A stretch of 62,615 nt of DNA, the filler included, from Stramenopiles sp. TOSAG23-2 (Eukaryota), in NCBI GenBank assembly GCA_900128395.1. It is 11 parts of 11 records of this genome, joined end to end, with 100 filler letters (N's around TTAATTAATTAA, not from the genome) between each part and the next. Parts side by side here need not be neighbours in the genome. Positions count along the whole stretch, not along the records: positions 7,318 to 14,522 come from LT650347.1; positions 14,623 to 21,827 come from LT650348.1; 9 more parts are not named here. One strand, given 5' to 3'. Position 1 is the first letter of the stretch, and each line of letters opens with the position of its first letter. The translations under genes were made by a program, and so were the position numbers. Shown here in pieces: positions 12,049 to 21,316 of the stretch. The notes below the pieces were generated by a model. The model saw only the letters and a program-made list of their open reading frames with translations, searched no databases and was not told the origin of the DNA.

Positions 12049-13992
12049 ATGAGTGGTGTTGTCGCAGCAAACAAACCACCTGCAACAGAAGAAAATGATG
12101 ATGGTGATGATTGTTGCCACCGATATTTGATCTTGTGGTCATCCACTTGGCATTGTTGTGATTGTAAACTAGAAATAAAAGATTCAGAAAGAGTGTCGCG
12201 AGAGGAGGCTTTCGCAAACGCAGCAGAAACTGAAGATAAGGAGCGCGGCGTTGCACCAGCAGTGTATTCTCACCAAATGGGCGTGACTGTTGATTGGCTC
12301 GTAAAATGGACAGAAGCTCAGCAATGTTGGAATTTCCCAACGTGGAAGGTTCAGCACACAATCATCAAACCCTTGACAGAACTACAGAGATGCAGGTTCA
12401 CTGAGCTTGAACCATCAGACGAAAACAAATTAGATGGAGTAGTTGGTCCAGCTGACATATTTGTATCGCATTGTTGGGGTTCCTGTTTTGGAGACTTGGT
12501 GGCGGCTCTAGCAGATTGCTGTGATGGTTCACAGCGTGCTTGGGTCGATATATTTGCAGTTCGACAATGGCCCGGTAACGGTGCAGATTTGGACTTTGCA
12601 GGTGTAGTTTCTCGGTGCGCATGCGTTGTGTTAGTCTGTGTTCGCCTTGAAATCATTGAAAAGCTTACCTGGTTTGAAATCCAAGAGATGGCTGGAAAAA
12701 TTGACGTGCCATCTGCCGCGCGAAGATCAATACCGTTTTTTCGCGTTTGGTGTTTAGTGGAATTACAGGCAGCACTTTCTTCAGGCATTCCTGTCATTAT
12801 GCAAGGTGGTTGCCGTGATAGAGATTTAAATTGGCCAAATATAATATTCACGCCATCATATGATATGCTGTCAAAGTTAGAAGCGCTAGTTTCTGTGGAG
12901 CATGCAGATGCTACAATAGCAGAAGATAAGCGTCGAATCTTGGCTGAAGTACGCGCCACCCCAGGTGGTGCTGCTAAGTTGAACAAATCTGTACAGGCAG
13001 CAATTTATGCTGCACGAATTGGACACAAATATAAAATTGTTACTCGCGCTGCAATTGGTGGAAAAGAGGCATTGCAATCCATTAAAGAGTATTGTTCATC
13101 AGTCAACAAAGGAAATGCAAAAGAAAATGTAAACCATTTAATTGTTGCTGCTGCAGCTGGAGGCTATGAGACAGTATTTGATTCACTTTTGATTGCAGGT
13201 GCAGAAATTGATCCTCAAAATGAAGACGACCTTCCACACTTTTGCTATACAAATAAATACGATGATGATGGAGGTGAAACGGAAACCATAACCTCTTTAA
13301 TGGCAGCATCTAGAGCTGGAAAGCTAGACATGGTGAAGAAGATTGTTGAATTGGGAGTGGATGTAAATCGCAAAAACACTCGAGGGAAAACAGCATTGCA
13401 GTTTGCAGCAGCTAGAGGACACACCGAAATAGCACAAGTGCTGCTTTCTTTTGGTGCTGATATAGAATCAAGTGATCATATTGTAGGGCGCGCGGCACTA
13501 GCAGTTGCTGCTGGAAACTTGTACAACACCAGTTGCATTGAGCTTTTATGTTCTGTTGGAAAAGCAAATATTGATGCTATAGATTTTGCAGGTCGAACTG
13601 CTTTAGACCATGCATTGATTCGAAATGTGAAAGATTCAGTCTGTCTATTATTGAAGCTCAGAGATGATGCGAAATTACCAGTGGCTGACAAAACAGGTCG
13701 GACAACTTTATTTCATGCAGTACGCTATGCTGATTATGAAATTGTGGCAGAATTACTTAAGTATGGTGCAGATCCGAATGTTGCGTTACCAGATGGCACT
13801 ACACCTTTGATGATTGCAGTAGAAGCAGATGGTATTGGGAAAGGGCGAGAAAATATTGTTTCATTATTGTTGCAAGCAGGCGCAAAATTGGATACAGAAG
13901 ACGAAGATGGGGAAACGGCACAAAGTTTAGCCGAGTTGTGGGAAAATGCCACATTAATTGATTTATTTAAGAAGGATACACTCCTTTCGTAA
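12049..13992 (+). CDS. HET/TIR-like domain plus C-terminal ankyrin repeats
   Basis: N-terminal motifs DIFVSHCWG, AWVDIFAVRQ, PFFRVWCLVE. About 7 ankyrin repeats (GKTALQFAA, GRTALDHA, GRTTLFHAV, GTTPLMIAV, GETAQSLA). Confidence 0.85.
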   Translation: MSGVVAANKPPATEENDDGDDCCHRYLILWSSTWHCCDCKLEIKDSERVSREEAFANAAETEDKERGVAPAVYSHQMGVTVDWLVKWTEAQQCWNFPTWKVQHTIIKPLTELQRCRFTELEPSDENKLDGVVGPADIFVSHCWGSCFGDLVAALADCCDGSQRAWVDIFAVRQWPGNGADLDFAGVVSRCACVVLVCVRLEIIEKLTWFEIQEMAGKIDVPSAARRSIPFFRVWCLVELQAALSSGIPVIMQGGCRDRDLNWPNIIFTPSYDMLSKLEALVSVEHADATIAEDKRRILAEVRATPGGAAKLNKSVQAAIYAARIGHKYKIVTRAAIGGKEALQSIKEYCSSVNKGNAKENVNHLIVAAAAGGYETVFDSLLIAGAEIDPQNEDDLPHFCYTNKYDDDGGETETITSLMAASRAGKLDMVKKIVELGVDVNRKNTRGKTALQFAAARGHTEIAQVLLSFGADIESSDHIVGRAALAVAAGNLYNTSCIELLCSVGKANIDAIDFAGRTALDHALIRNVKDSVCLLLKLRDDAKLPVADKTGRTTLFHAVRYADYEIVAELLKYGADPNVALPDGTTPLMIAVEADGIGKGRENIVSLLLQAGAKLDTEDEDGETAQSLAELWENATLIDLFKKDTLLS

Positions 13993-14522
13993 ATTGAAGT
14001 GTAACACTTTTGCTTTTTAATGAAATAAAGACCCGATTTTTCAGAGAGACCTGTGATGTGAGATGTAATTATTATGATACCAGATATATACCCATGGGTT
14101 ATAATATTTAACACATTACAGAGACACATTGATCAAACAAAATGAAATATGAATTTTAGATTTTCACATAAATTTTTACATCCTTCAAATACAGAAAATG
14201 CTGTAGAGATTTTCTTTTCAGAGAGAGAGAAAAAAGTTTTTTTTACTTCAAAATTGACCAGATAATTACCAACAGGTATTATATCATACTTTCCGTAATA
14301 TGAAAACAAATATGCATATGATATAAATATATCAATATATATATTTACGAGGCTAAATATGAGATATTAATTTTTTTCGTATGTGCATACTTTTCTTCTT
14401 TTCTGGTGATTTTATAATCTTCTGTCAAAAGCAACAAACTGCATTCTCTCATTATGATTATTCGCCAATATTTTTATTTCTTTTGTTATTTAATGGGTTT
14501 GTTATTGATACAACTTCTTCGC

Positions 14523-14622
14523 NNNNNNNNNNNNNNNNNNNNNNNNNNNNNNNNNNNNNNNNNNNNTTAATTAATTAANNNNNNNNNNNNNNNNNNNNNN
14601 NNNNNNNNNNNNNNNNNNNNNN
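14523..14622. other. Artificial contig linker
   Basis: N44-TTAATTAATTAA-N44. Confidence 0.99.
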
Positions 14623-14839
14623 AGTCTGAAAACATGCTTGATGTATATATGTTAAAAGATTTTACATAATAGTATTTTAAATTGCAACATTTTTATATTT
14701 TTTATTGTATTTTCTCAACGCTTTTTCTACCATTGACCTACCAAACCCTTCTTCACGAAATTTCAATGTTCCATATATTTAAATATCTTAATTATATACT
14801 CTAAGTACAAACAAATCCTATCAAAAACATTCAGAAACA

Positions 14840-14995
14840 ATGGTCAAATTTACATCAAAATCCGAAGTAGCACAAGCCTGCATGACTGCTATTCACTATA
14901 ACAAATTGCGCACCAAAATCAGCAACAAAAAGTATGCCAAACTAGTCAAAACAGTAGAGGCCGGCTATAAAAATGGTACTATCGAGAGTGTATGA
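14840..14995 (+). CDS. Small hypothetical protein (51 aa, MVKFTSKSEVAQACMTAIHY...)
   Basis: Read manually from ATG 14840 to TGA 14993-14995, with an A-rich leader. It falls below the ORF-track cutoff. Confidence 0.4.
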   Translation: MVKFTSKSEVAQACMTAIHYNKLRTKISNKKYAKLVKTVEAGYKNGTIESV

Positions 14996-16080
14996 TTAGC
15001 AACTCGTGGCATTTTTAGGCTTGGATAAAACTGGCATTTCGGGACTCGTGCCATTTTTTTGCCCATTCTGTGTGATGCTAGCCCTCCCAAAGATTTTTTG
15101 CAAGGTTCTATCCTAGTGCTATGCTGGAACTCCCATTCTATTTACATAGTAACTTCCCAAAGATTTTCGGTACTTGTACGTACTCTAGAGCTCCTATCAC
15201 TATAAAACCCTAACATTTCGGGTACTATCCTTAAAAACGAGCCATCAACACCAAATAACATTACATATACCACACGTTCACCTCAAATATCCAAACATCG
15301 AGAGACATTGCCATGGTATAATACATTTAATATATCGTAAATATAAAGGACTCATCTCTCTTCCACATGTTCTATAATCAGCAATATTATCAGAGTCTTC
15401 AAAATATAAATTATTTTTTTTAAATGGAACACATGTTCAATTTCTATTATGAATAGTGTTAATAAATTAGTATAAAACTTTATACCTATCAAACTCGATT
15501 ATAATGACGGTCTGTGCCGGTTTGCATCAAAATCGCCCGACGCTCCGCGGCATGCGCGGTGCAGTTTAGCAACACTATAGTACTTAATGTGCTGCCAAAT
15601 GAAAAACCATTTTCTAGGCTGTTTTACCTATTGTCGCTGCCAAAGTTACCTATCACAAGCAGCTAGCACAGGATAGCACAGGAAAACTGGCTCATAATGG
15701 TATATCCACGCTACGGTTTTTGGTACTTTTGGTCCTTAAAAAATACTTACACAGTTGCTAGGATATATGTATTGTAACAAGTGCAAATATATCTATACTA
15801 TAACCTGAAGCGTTGGTTCTAAAACACATCGACACAACATTACTAGTATGGATTTCCAAAGATTTGACTATAAAAAGCAAATGTCGTTGTACATGATTTA
15901 CAACTTCAAAACAACTTGCCACCAACGTAGACATAGGCAACTGTATAAATAAATAATTAAATGTAAATTAATAAAAAGATTGTATGCAATTTCCTCAAAA
16001 CACTTGGCATAAGCGAAACACCCACAACGAATCAAATAAAAAAAGACAGTATAGATGAAAATAATAAACGTAACGGACAT

Positions 16081-17070
16081 ATGAAGAAACAAGCATTGAA
16101 AAACTTAAATGTCTTGCGGAAGAAGAAAGAAGTGAAAAAAGTTACGCTGCAACAAGTGTCTTCGACACGTGATATGATTTTCTTGGGCACTGCGAGAGAA
16201 GTTGGCACAGTAGAAAACCTTGCAAAAACGAAACATGATAACAGGCGTGTTGGTTGTGGCAAGCTTGTTGCGTGGGAGATGCACGAGAAAATAAGAGGAA
16301 AGACTCCACATTGGACGAATAATGGTGATGAAAAATCAGCAATAAATTACACACCCGGTGGCAATTGTGAAAAACAGCATAATAAAAATATTAATTGCGC
16401 AAATTCTACAAAAAATACTGACCATATCATTGTGTCTAAAAAATATAGCAGTCGTAGAACAAGTAACAAAAAGAACAAAGAGAAGGATAAAATGAAAAGG
16501 ATGGAGCAGCAAATTGCAAATAGTATAAGAAATTTCGTTGCTCCGGTCGATGCAGAAGACAATTCTTCGTTGAACAGAACGCCTAAAATCCTCGAGACGT
16601 TAAAACTGATGAAACAAAAGCAAAGACGACGGCGTAAAGGTTGCAAAAAAAGTACCAAAGCCTTTAAACAAAATAACAAAGTAACTAAAATTTTGAAAAA
16701 GAAACAAAAGAGTCCAACAACTAAAACGAGCGAGAAGCAGAAAAAGCAGCCCAAAATTGCAGCTGCTAAAACGAGCGAGAAACCACAGCCTCAAGTGTTG
16801 GGGGGAAATGATGTAAAGCAGGAATGCAAAACACCCAAAACAGAAACGAATGTTCATTACAAAAATGTTCAGGTGCCGGAAAATGTGCGGAAGGCGTGGG
16901 ATACGCTGGATCGGTTGGATGAACCAAATGAAATCTCACCCTTTCAAGGGTTCTTTAGTTATAGCAACTCTGACGCTGTGGGTTTGGTGAGTGATAATGT
17001 GCAAATTGATATCGTCAGTTTATTAAAGGATTTTGTTGCGAATGAACGAGTTGAAGTTGAGGTGGCGTAA
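16081..17070 (+). CDS. Hypothetical Lys-rich protein (putative viral)
   Basis: 329-aa ORF with a basic low-complexity middle and no recognised domain. Confidence 0.6.
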   Translation: MKKQALKNLNVLRKKKEVKKVTLQQVSSTRDMIFLGTAREVGTVENLAKTKHDNRRVGCGKLVAWEMHEKIRGKTPHWTNNGDEKSAINYTPGGNCEKQHNKNINCANSTKNTDHIIVSKKYSSRRTSNKKNKEKDKMKRMEQQIANSIRNFVAPVDAEDNSSLNRTPKILETLKLMKQKQRRRRKGCKKSTKAFKQNNKVTKILKKKQKSPTTKTSEKQKKQPKIAAAKTSEKPQPQVLGGNDVKQECKTPKTETNVHYKNVQVPENVRKAWDTLDRLDEPNEISPFQGFFSYSNSDAVGLVSDNVQIDIVSLLKDFVANERVEVEVA

Positions 17071-17277
17071 TGGAAGACATCCATCCACATAAATTCGGTG
17101 CCATGCATGCCCCACGCTGATCATCTATAGGGGTGAGACCAATGCACAAATATTTATATATATATTATTTTGGCGTTTGGGGGCATCTTCATATCCCATG
17201 CTAATGATGGCACCCAAAGGTCTCTTGCATCAGAGAAAAGATAGTATATATACAAAATTTTGCCCCTAAAAAAATAC

Positions 17278-17916
17278 ATGTTTCAACACAGCACCACCGA
17301 GATTTACAACAACGAAATTATTTTTTTTGGAAGACAAGAAACTGGCAAATCTGTTGCCGTGAGGATCCAAGGCTATCAACCACATGCTATCATCCGGTGC
17401 TCTGCACCACTGGACACAGTTTCGTCTGTGCTAAAACAAGCAGTGAGTGAAAATTACATCTGGAGAAGAAACACCCAGCATAACGAACACCTGAACTTAG
17501 GGTCGTTTCATGATGGTATTTGTGTGAAAGAGACGAAAGGAAGGTCCATTACAAGTGCGGAGAAGGAAGAAACGTTTTTTAAAGTAACAGCCAACAACAT
17601 TGATATCTTCACCTGCCTTGAACATGTGTTGCAAAAACGGTATAGTTACATTTACAAACAATATCACGATGGTTCTTATGTGTCAAGAAGAAAGTCGTTA
17701 ACTCTGTTTGTGGAACGATTTGACCGCGTATCGCTGCTAACTCAATACTGTGTGGTAAATAATATTGCTACATGTACCACACTGAGATGGATGGGTACAG
17801 AAGCAAACCAAAAAATAACAACATGCGACAAAGAAATCGAAGGAAGTGAAATTAACATGACCCCGGCTAGACCGCGAAACCACCCGACGACCAACCACCC
17901 CTGCCTACTAAACTAA
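17278..17916 (+). CDS. Stand-alone protein resembling the N-terminal domain of family B (delta-like) DNA polymerase
   Basis: IIFFGRQETGKSVAVRIQGYQPH, FFKVTANN, LLTQYCVVNNIATC and KITTCDKEIE follow the order of PolB/Pol-delta N-terminal motifs. No exonuclease or polymerase motifs follow. First ATG at 17278. Confidence 0.6.
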   Translation: MFQHSTTEIYNNEIIFFGRQETGKSVAVRIQGYQPHAIIRCSAPLDTVSSVLKQAVSENYIWRRNTQHNEHLNLGSFHDGICVKETKGRSITSAEKEETFFKVTANNIDIFTCLEHVLQKRYSYIYKQYHDGSYVSRRKSLTLFVERFDRVSLLTQYCVVNNIATCTTLRWMGTEANQKITTCDKEIEGSEINMTPARPRNHPTTNHPCLLN

Positions 17917-17918
17917 AC

Positions 17919-18371
17919 CTAGATCTTCTTCTCGATTCGCAACCTTTTGTAGCCCTCACCAGTGTCCTGTATTATTCCCCGCATGAACTCTCGGTATCTC
18001 GCATCGGTGGCGTTCAACATCTGGATACCAAACTCATGGTTTAGAAATTCTTGTACCTCCAAAAAAAGGCTGCGACGAGAATACGCCCTGCGGGGTATTT
18101 TGCGGTAGTTCTTCTCAAAAAAATCTCCCAGTACCACTTGCAAATCCACCTTTGGCGGCGGGCGCTCGTACTTCCTCAATTTCGCTTCTAGAAATGACAC
18201 GCGCAACAGAAGCTGGCTGCAATCTTGGCATCCAACCAATTCGTGCACCAGTTGTTTTGTTTGTAACATCCTGCCGTTGTGCAATACGAAGTCATAGCTT
18301 CTCAACTTGTTTAGCATCTCTGGGTTGTGGAACCTTTTGCCAGTGGATAAATATTGTCTGATATCATCCAT
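17919..18371 (-). CDS. Hypothetical protein; CxxC plus C-terminal segment resembling a D5/primase-helicase-type winged helix
   Basis: 150-aa ORF ending 2 nt from the convergent gene. It contains CQDC and the pattern DFFEKNY...SRRSLFLEVQEFL...GYKRLRI. Confidence 0.55.
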   Translation of the reverse strand: MDDIRQYLSTGKRFHNPEMLNKLRSYDFVLHNGRMLQTKQLVHELVGCQDCSQLLLRVSFLEAKLRKYERPPPKVDLQVVLGDFFEKNYRKIPRRAYSRRSLFLEVQEFLNHEFGIQMLNATDARYREFMRGIIQDTGEGYKRLRIEKKI

Positions 18372-18404
18372 TTTATTTGTATGTATCCAGTTTAAATACA
18401 GGAT

Positions 18405-18842
18405 TCAATCAAACACATAAGGTTGAATTGGTTCGATTGCTCGTTTCGGGACTGTTTTTAGTTTGTTCGCGATAGAAATTTTGTGCTGGCTGAGTCGCAT
18501 CCATGCATTGATTGACGTGGCTTTCATTCCGTTTTGATAAATATCATCAAGCAGCCGTGATTGCATGGTTTTGATTGTTCGGATATCCTTTGTAATACAA
18601 CCTCTTAAAGACAATAGATGTTGATCAAAATGTACTTGGAAGTCATTGAAATCAATGTCTTTATGTTCTTTGTCCAACGGCTGGTTCGTGCGTTTACGAA
18701 AGACGTCGTACATGATCTTATACATGTGTCTTTTCTCGGAACAATCAGATAGGTTGTCGTGCATTTGCAGCAAGTAATCGACATTCGTATGATTGCACAA
18801 AAAGCACGTGGGTTGATCATCGTCAAGGTTCAATACACTCAT
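18405..18842 (-). CDS. Hypothetical protein with CxxC...HxxxH putative zinc site
   Basis: 145-aa ORF with CFLC near the N-terminus and VHFDQHL, followed by amphipathic helices. Confidence 0.6.
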   Translation of the reverse strand: MSVLNLDDDQPTCFLCNHTNVDYLLQMHDNLSDCSEKRHMYKIMYDVFRKRTNQPLDKEHKDIDFNDFQVHFDQHLLSLRGCITKDIRTIKTMQSRLLDDIYQNGMKATSINAWMRLSQHKISIANKLKTVPKRAIEPIQPYVFD

Positions 18843-19064
18843 CTCTCATGTGAAATAAAAAAAGGAGGATATATATACAACATTATGGTAGAACATCGTG
18901 GCGTAAAATTCATTGGATGCAAGCACAAACAGCAGCCAGCCGCAGGCGAACATAATAAACAACAACAGTGAAATCTTTCAACATACAAAAAAGAATCCAG
19001 TGGATATCAAACTTTTGGAAAACAGAATAATGAAGGTATATATACTTTAAATTGATTAGTCAAG

Positions 19065-19400
19065 ATGAAAATTACAAAACGACACACCGACTTACTGGAC
19101 AAGGTATGCAAAGCATTTCACTTTCACAATGCATTGGACACTACCACTGTTATTTCAAGAAACGACGCGGTAGCTGCAATCCCGGTGATACTGAGCCTAA
19201 AGCAACAGCTATTGAAAGAATACCCATACGATTTTACATTAAAATTGAAAGGCGCTTTTGTGGACGATCCCAAATGGGCAATGACTGTGCTTCGGCAGCT
19301 AATGCGTGCGCACAAGCGCAGGGTAATCAGTGAGAGAAAGTACAAGTGGTGCAAAGCAAAACAGAAGAGTGTGTCGATGTACAGATACAATTTGTTGTAA
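19065..19400 (+). CDS. Small basic protein resembling a conserved large-DNA-virus hypothetical family
   Basis: 111 aa with KWAMTVLRQLMRAHKRRVISERKY...YRYNLL, recalling the ITxLRQ..R...Y.L.S.EK...Y pattern I remember from NCLDV ORFs (not searched). Confidence 0.6.
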   Translation: MKITKRHTDLLDKVCKAFHFHNALDTTTVISRNDAVAAIPVILSLKQQLLKEYPYDFTLKLKGAFVDDPKWAMTVLRQLMRAHKRRVISERKYKWCKAKQKSVSMYRYNLL

Positions 19401-19494
19401 AGGGTATCTAGGTTCTTTCTTTTTGGCGTCAACCCTTTCTGCAACTATAAGTAAGACCAAACTATATAAAATTAATAAAGTGCATATTTGTTGC

Positions 19495-19788
19495 ATGATG
19501 AATGTTTTATGTGTACACGCTGTCGAACTCTACACTGTGCTATATTTGAGTTTCTTAAGTTGCTGTGTTTTCTATTGTGATGAACAAGTAACATGGTCGA
19601 TTGTTCTTCAACTGTGCATATATGAAATGGCATTGGTGTCATGCCTCAACCATGTCCAACAGAACGATTCCATTTTCTCCCTCAATCGTTGTAATGGTGC
19701 ATGGTGGAATTGTTTTCCTTTGTTGCACGTGATTTTTTCCGCGTTGCTTCGTATGCTTCTGCCAGTTGATCAAAATTTTTTACTGTAA
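19495..19788 (+). CDS. Small hydrophobic (2-3 TM) hypothetical protein
   Basis: 3' part of ORF 19330-19788. The ATG at 19495 lies 32 nt after TATATAAA at 19463. Confidence 0.45.
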   Translation: MMNVLCVHAVELYTVLYLSFLSCCVFYCDEQVTWSIVLQLCIYEMALVSCLNHVQQNDSIFSLNRCNGAWWNCFPLLHVIFSALLRMLLPVDQNFLL

Positions 19789-20471
19789 TTCGTCTCACAC
19801 TTTGCAATGGTTTGATTCAACTTCACGCGCTCTTCTAGCAAAAATTTCCCCTCTTTAACAGCTTGCTTCAGGCTGGTTTGCGCTTCCCTTAACAACTTCA
19901 AGCGCTTCAAATGTCTATCAAAGCTTTTCAACGCAGCTTTGTGCTTTTCAATCTCCTTAGTTACCTGACAAAGTTTTTTATCGGAATTTTTTTTTTTCAT
20001 AGTAGCATCTCTCATGCGTAAAAGCGGCTGCTTTAAATTTTCATCATGGATAAACGCACGGTCACTGCACTCTTTTTGCTTTTTACCAAGTGTTATCTTG
20101 TTTGCGCAAAGCAAATCACCGTCTTGTTTTTTTAACAAAGGGTTGTGTTCTGCTGATATCCTTGCAGGTAATTTTACAATGGCGTCTCTTAAGTCCCTGA
20201 TTTTACACAGTTCTTTCTCTTGAACCTCATGAAAGGCGCCATGTTCTTTCTTGATATGAACATGCATAATTTTGATAGTATGTTGATAGTGTTTACACAT
20301 ATCCATTGCTACCTTTGCTTCCGTCTTCATGCTGCTTATCTGTTTATTTAACTCGGCACGAGTTGCCTTGGCCGCAATATGTTCTTGCTCGTAATTCATC
20401 TGGTTCCAATCCACACCTCGAGACAATTCAGAAATCGGAGCTAAAATGTCCTTGGTTCCATCACCCTCCAT
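19770..20471 (-). CDS. Coiled-coil hypothetical protein
   Basis: 233-aa Lys/Glu/Leu-rich ORF with heptad character. Confidence 0.55.
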   Translation of the reverse strand: MEGDGTKDILAPISELSRGVDWNQMNYEQEHIAAKATRAELNKQISSMKTEAKVAMDMCKHYQHTIKIMHVHIKKEHGAFHEVQEKELCKIRDLRDAIVKLPARISAEHNPLLKKQDGDLLCANKITLGKKQKECSDRAFIHDENLKQPLLRMRDATMKKKNSDKKLCQVTKEIEKHKAALKSFDRHLKRLKLLREAQTSLKQAVKEGKFLLEERVKLNQTIAKCETNYSKKF

Positions 20472-20741
20472 GGCATCATTGGATACTTCGCGTTTTATCC
20501 TCGACGGAGTTGTGGTTGTTGTTGGTTGGAACAGATCGCATATATATTACAATTGCAAGTAAAAACAATACTTAAATGTAGCTATTACTGTTGTAAAATT
20601 TTTGATAAAAGTATATAGTGGTACTTTGTTCTTTATACCCCCATTTCAGGCTTTACAGTCTTCTATTTGCTTCGTTCGGTTTGTAATATCTTGGTCCACA
20701 CATGCGTTCGCGTCCATAGCAAGTCGAAAAGACCGCATATA

Positions 20742-20930
20742 TTACAATTGCAAGTAAAAACAATACATAAATGTAGCTACAACTATTGTAAAAATTTTGA
20801 TAAAAATATATAGTGGAATTTCGTATTCTCTAAAATACGCCCAGCACACATACAATAAAAAGTACCAAACACCAGCGTGAGCTGGAAAATTCGGATGGAA
20901 CAACACTTCGAAAAAACGTTCAGGATCCAT
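20742..20930 (-). CDS. Small two-TM hypothetical protein
   Basis: 62 aa with an ATG start and two hydrophobic segments. Confidence 0.45.
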   Translation of the reverse strand: MDPERFFEVLFHPNFPAHAGVWYFLLYVCWAYFREYEIPLYIFIKIFTIVVATFMYCFYLQL

Positions 20931-21040
20931 GTTTCCGTTTCTCTTGTTGGTATTTTCTTTCTAGATGTTTTTACATTAAGAAGTATTCGATAAAATATAA
21001 CAAGCTATATTTATAATAGTGTATTTCTAACACTTAATGC

Positions 21041-21178
21041 ATGCGAAAACGAACAACACAACGTGCAAAACAACAACGGGAGGGAATACTCGAGAGGTTG
21101 TTCGTAGTAGTCTACAACAATTACGAAACCTATGTGAGGACATTTTATCATCGAAATAGCATTGGTCGAAAGCCATAA
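21041..21178 (+). CDS. Small hypothetical protein (45 aa, MRKRTTQRAKQQREGILERLF...)
   Basis: Read manually. TATATTTATA at 21006-21015 lies upstream of the ATG. Confidence 0.35.
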   Translation: MRKRTTQRAKQQREGILERLFVVVYNNYETYVRTFYHRNSIGRKP

Positions 21179-21316
21179 ACAGCCGAACACGGCATATTTG
21201 AAGAATAGGAAGGATTGTAATGTGTGTATGGGATGGGCGTAAACAAGTACACGATGTGCAATAGTCAAAAGTATAAGAAACTACAACACAATGCATTTTA
21301 CACACACACGCAACTA

